From NCBI GenBank assembly GCA_019322435.1, contig JAHWIR010000005.1, positions 67,443 to 131,442 on the forward strand: DNA of 64,000 nucleotides, written 5' to 3'. The stretch is from Candidatus Woesearchaeota archaeon (GTDB lineage: Archaea; Nanobdellota; Nanobdellia; Woesearchaeales; WJKL01). The notes below the pieces were generated by a model that did no database searches, had not been told where the DNA came from, and worked only from the letters and a program-made list of their open reading frames with translations. Position numbers and translations under genes: made by a program. Positions 62,853 through 64,000 of the stretch are shown here, piece by piece; positions within the stretch are counted from its first letter, which is position 1; every line of letters begins with the position of its first letter.

Positions 62853-63950
62853 ATGAAGAAATCGATAAAGCTTTTCAAGTTATTGGGAATTGATGTTGAG
62901 CTGCATTACAGCTGGTTTTTGGTGTTTTTGCTATTGGCGTGGGGACTGTCAGCAGACTTTTTTCCTTATTATTTTCCTGACCTGACAGCAGCAGAGTATT
63001 GGGGAATGGGTATTGCGAGTTCTGTCTTGCTGTTTGCATCTGTATTGGCTCACGAGTATTCACATTCATTGGTTGCAAGAAGGAATAATATCATGGTTAA
63101 CAAGATAACCCTGTTCTTCTTTGGAGGGATAGCTCATCTTGCTGGAGAAGAAAGACTGACAGCAAAAAAAGAGTTCAAGATGGCTATTGCAGGGCCTTTG
63201 CTAAGCTTGGCATTGGCTGGACTGTTTTTTGCAGTATACAAATTAAATGGTTTTCTTTATCTCAATGCAGTCAGTTATTACCTGTACAGGCTGAATTTTA
63301 TACTTGCCATATTCAACATGGCTCCTGGTTTTCCATTGGATGGAGGAAGAGTGCTGAGAGCAATTGCATGGGGAATTACAAAGGATCTGAAAAAAGCAAC
63401 AAAGATTGCCTCTACAGGAGGAAAGATAGTTGCTGGATTCCTGATAGGAATTGGATTTTTAGGGATGATGTTTGGATTAGGAACAGTGTGGTTTGTGGTG
63501 CTGGGATTTTTCCTTTATTTTATTGCAGGAGCAAGTTATGAACAATTGATCCTAAAGGATGCTTTGGCAAAAGTGAAAGTAAAGAATGTTATGGTCAAAG
63601 ATGTCAAGGCAGTAAGCCCTGATATCACTCTAGCTAATTTGTTTCAGAACTATTTCTTGAGGTATGGAGCAGAGGGTGTTTTAGTGGCTAAGGACAAGAC
63701 ATTTTTAGGAGTTGCAACTGTTGCTTCGTTAAAAGGGATTCCTAAGCAAGAATGGCCTAAGAAGAAAGTAAAGGATATATTGATTCCTGCCAAGAACATA
63801 CAAACTGCAAAAGAAACAGATGATGCTTTTCATGTTCTGGAAAGAATGGGCAGAGCTAAGGTGAATGTGATGCCTGTCATAAAGAACAAGAAAATGATTG
63901 GTGTTGTCAGTGTCAGGAGCCTGCTAAGATATGCCAAGCTAAGCAGTTAA
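62853..63950 (+). CDS. Site-2 protease (M50 family) with tandem C-terminal CBS domains.
   Basis: Intramembrane HExxH (AHEYSHS), the LDGG motif (FPLDGGRVL), and a CBS pair at the C-terminus. Confidence 0.8.
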   Translation: MKKSIKLFKLLGIDVELHYSWFLVFLLLAWGLSADFFPYYFPDLTAAEYWGMGIASSVLLFASVLAHEYSHSLVARRNNIMVNKITLFFFGGIAHLAGEERLTAKKEFKMAIAGPLLSLALAGLFFAVYKLNGFLYLNAVSYYLYRLNFILAIFNMAPGFPLDGGRVLRAIAWGITKDLKKATKIASTGGKIVAGFLIGIGFLGMMFGLGTVWFVVLGFFLYFIAGASYEQLILKDALAKVKVKNVMVKDVKAVSPDITLANLFQNYFLRYGAEGVLVAKDKTFLGVATVASLKGIPKQEWPKKKVKDILIPAKNIQTAKETDDAFHVLERMGRAKVNVMPVIKNKKMIGVVSVRSLLRYAKLSS

Positions 63951-64000
63951 TTTAAACTTGTCAAAACACATGTCTCTTATTGATTCTACCTTGATATAAT

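Noticed and set aside
1-64000. Possibility that the contig is bacterial. It carries GGDEF, Fis-type HTH, ImmA-like, CARDB and a type-1 IDI.
   Set aside because: The core genes are unambiguously archaeal: aIF2-gamma, S6e, form III RuBisCO, archaeal-type MetRS, Lrp/TrmB regulators, and BRE/TATA promoters with short leaders. The bacterial-type domains are better explained as horizontal acquisitions typical of DPANN genomes. A local chimeric join cannot be excluded without coverage data.
1-64000. Search for tRNA, rRNA, transposase, integrase or prophage genes.
   Set aside because: No cloverleaf-compatible GC-rich 70-90-nt intergenic segment was seen. No rRNA-like conserved stretches. No DDE or tyrosine recombinase motifs were seen in any ORF.

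Overview
AT-rich (~one-third GC by eye), gene-dense (>85% coding) 64-kb window that I read as archaeal, probably from a small-genome DPANN-like lineage. The archaeal call rests on: a form III RuBisCO large subunit almost collinear with Thermococcus RbcL; an adjacent rps6e - small ORF - aIF2-gamma block, which is a conserved archaeal gene order; archaeal MetRS; a stand-alone PolX; tandem Lrp/AsnC and TrmB regulators; recurrent BRE/TATA boxes of the form AAAGGTTTATA about 25-35 bp upstream of starts, often leaderless; and frequent 4-bp ATGA stop/start overlaps. No rRNA, tRNA, CRISPR array, transposase or integrase was found. About half the window encodes very large secreted or membrane-anchored proteins. 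The first of these is a 13.6-kb minus-strand operon (1-13625) of six tightly overlapped genes. It includes an FN3-domain protein, two paralogues with prepilin-like (class III) N-termini, and two large proteins with Cys-rich C-terminal regions, and I read it as a candidate undescribed surface-appendage or adhesion system. The second is a 1949-aa giant protein (26885-32734) with MopE-like Cys motifs, about 14 WDG beta-propeller repeats, about 9 Cys modules and a C-terminal CARDB domain, a candidate host- or substrate-attachment adhesin. Other unusual content: an intact GGDEF diguanylate cyclase and an orphan CheY-like receiver in an archaeal context; a cluster of a double Fis-type HTH protein with an ImmA/IrrE (M78)-like metallopeptidase; a type-1 IPP isomerase; a 70-bp palindromic promoter module duplicated at two distant loci; and a tandem repeat carrying compensatory-substituted palindromes downstream of rbcL. 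Several ORF-track starts were corrected to internal ATG, GTG or TTG codons preceded by GGAGG-like ribosome-binding sites.
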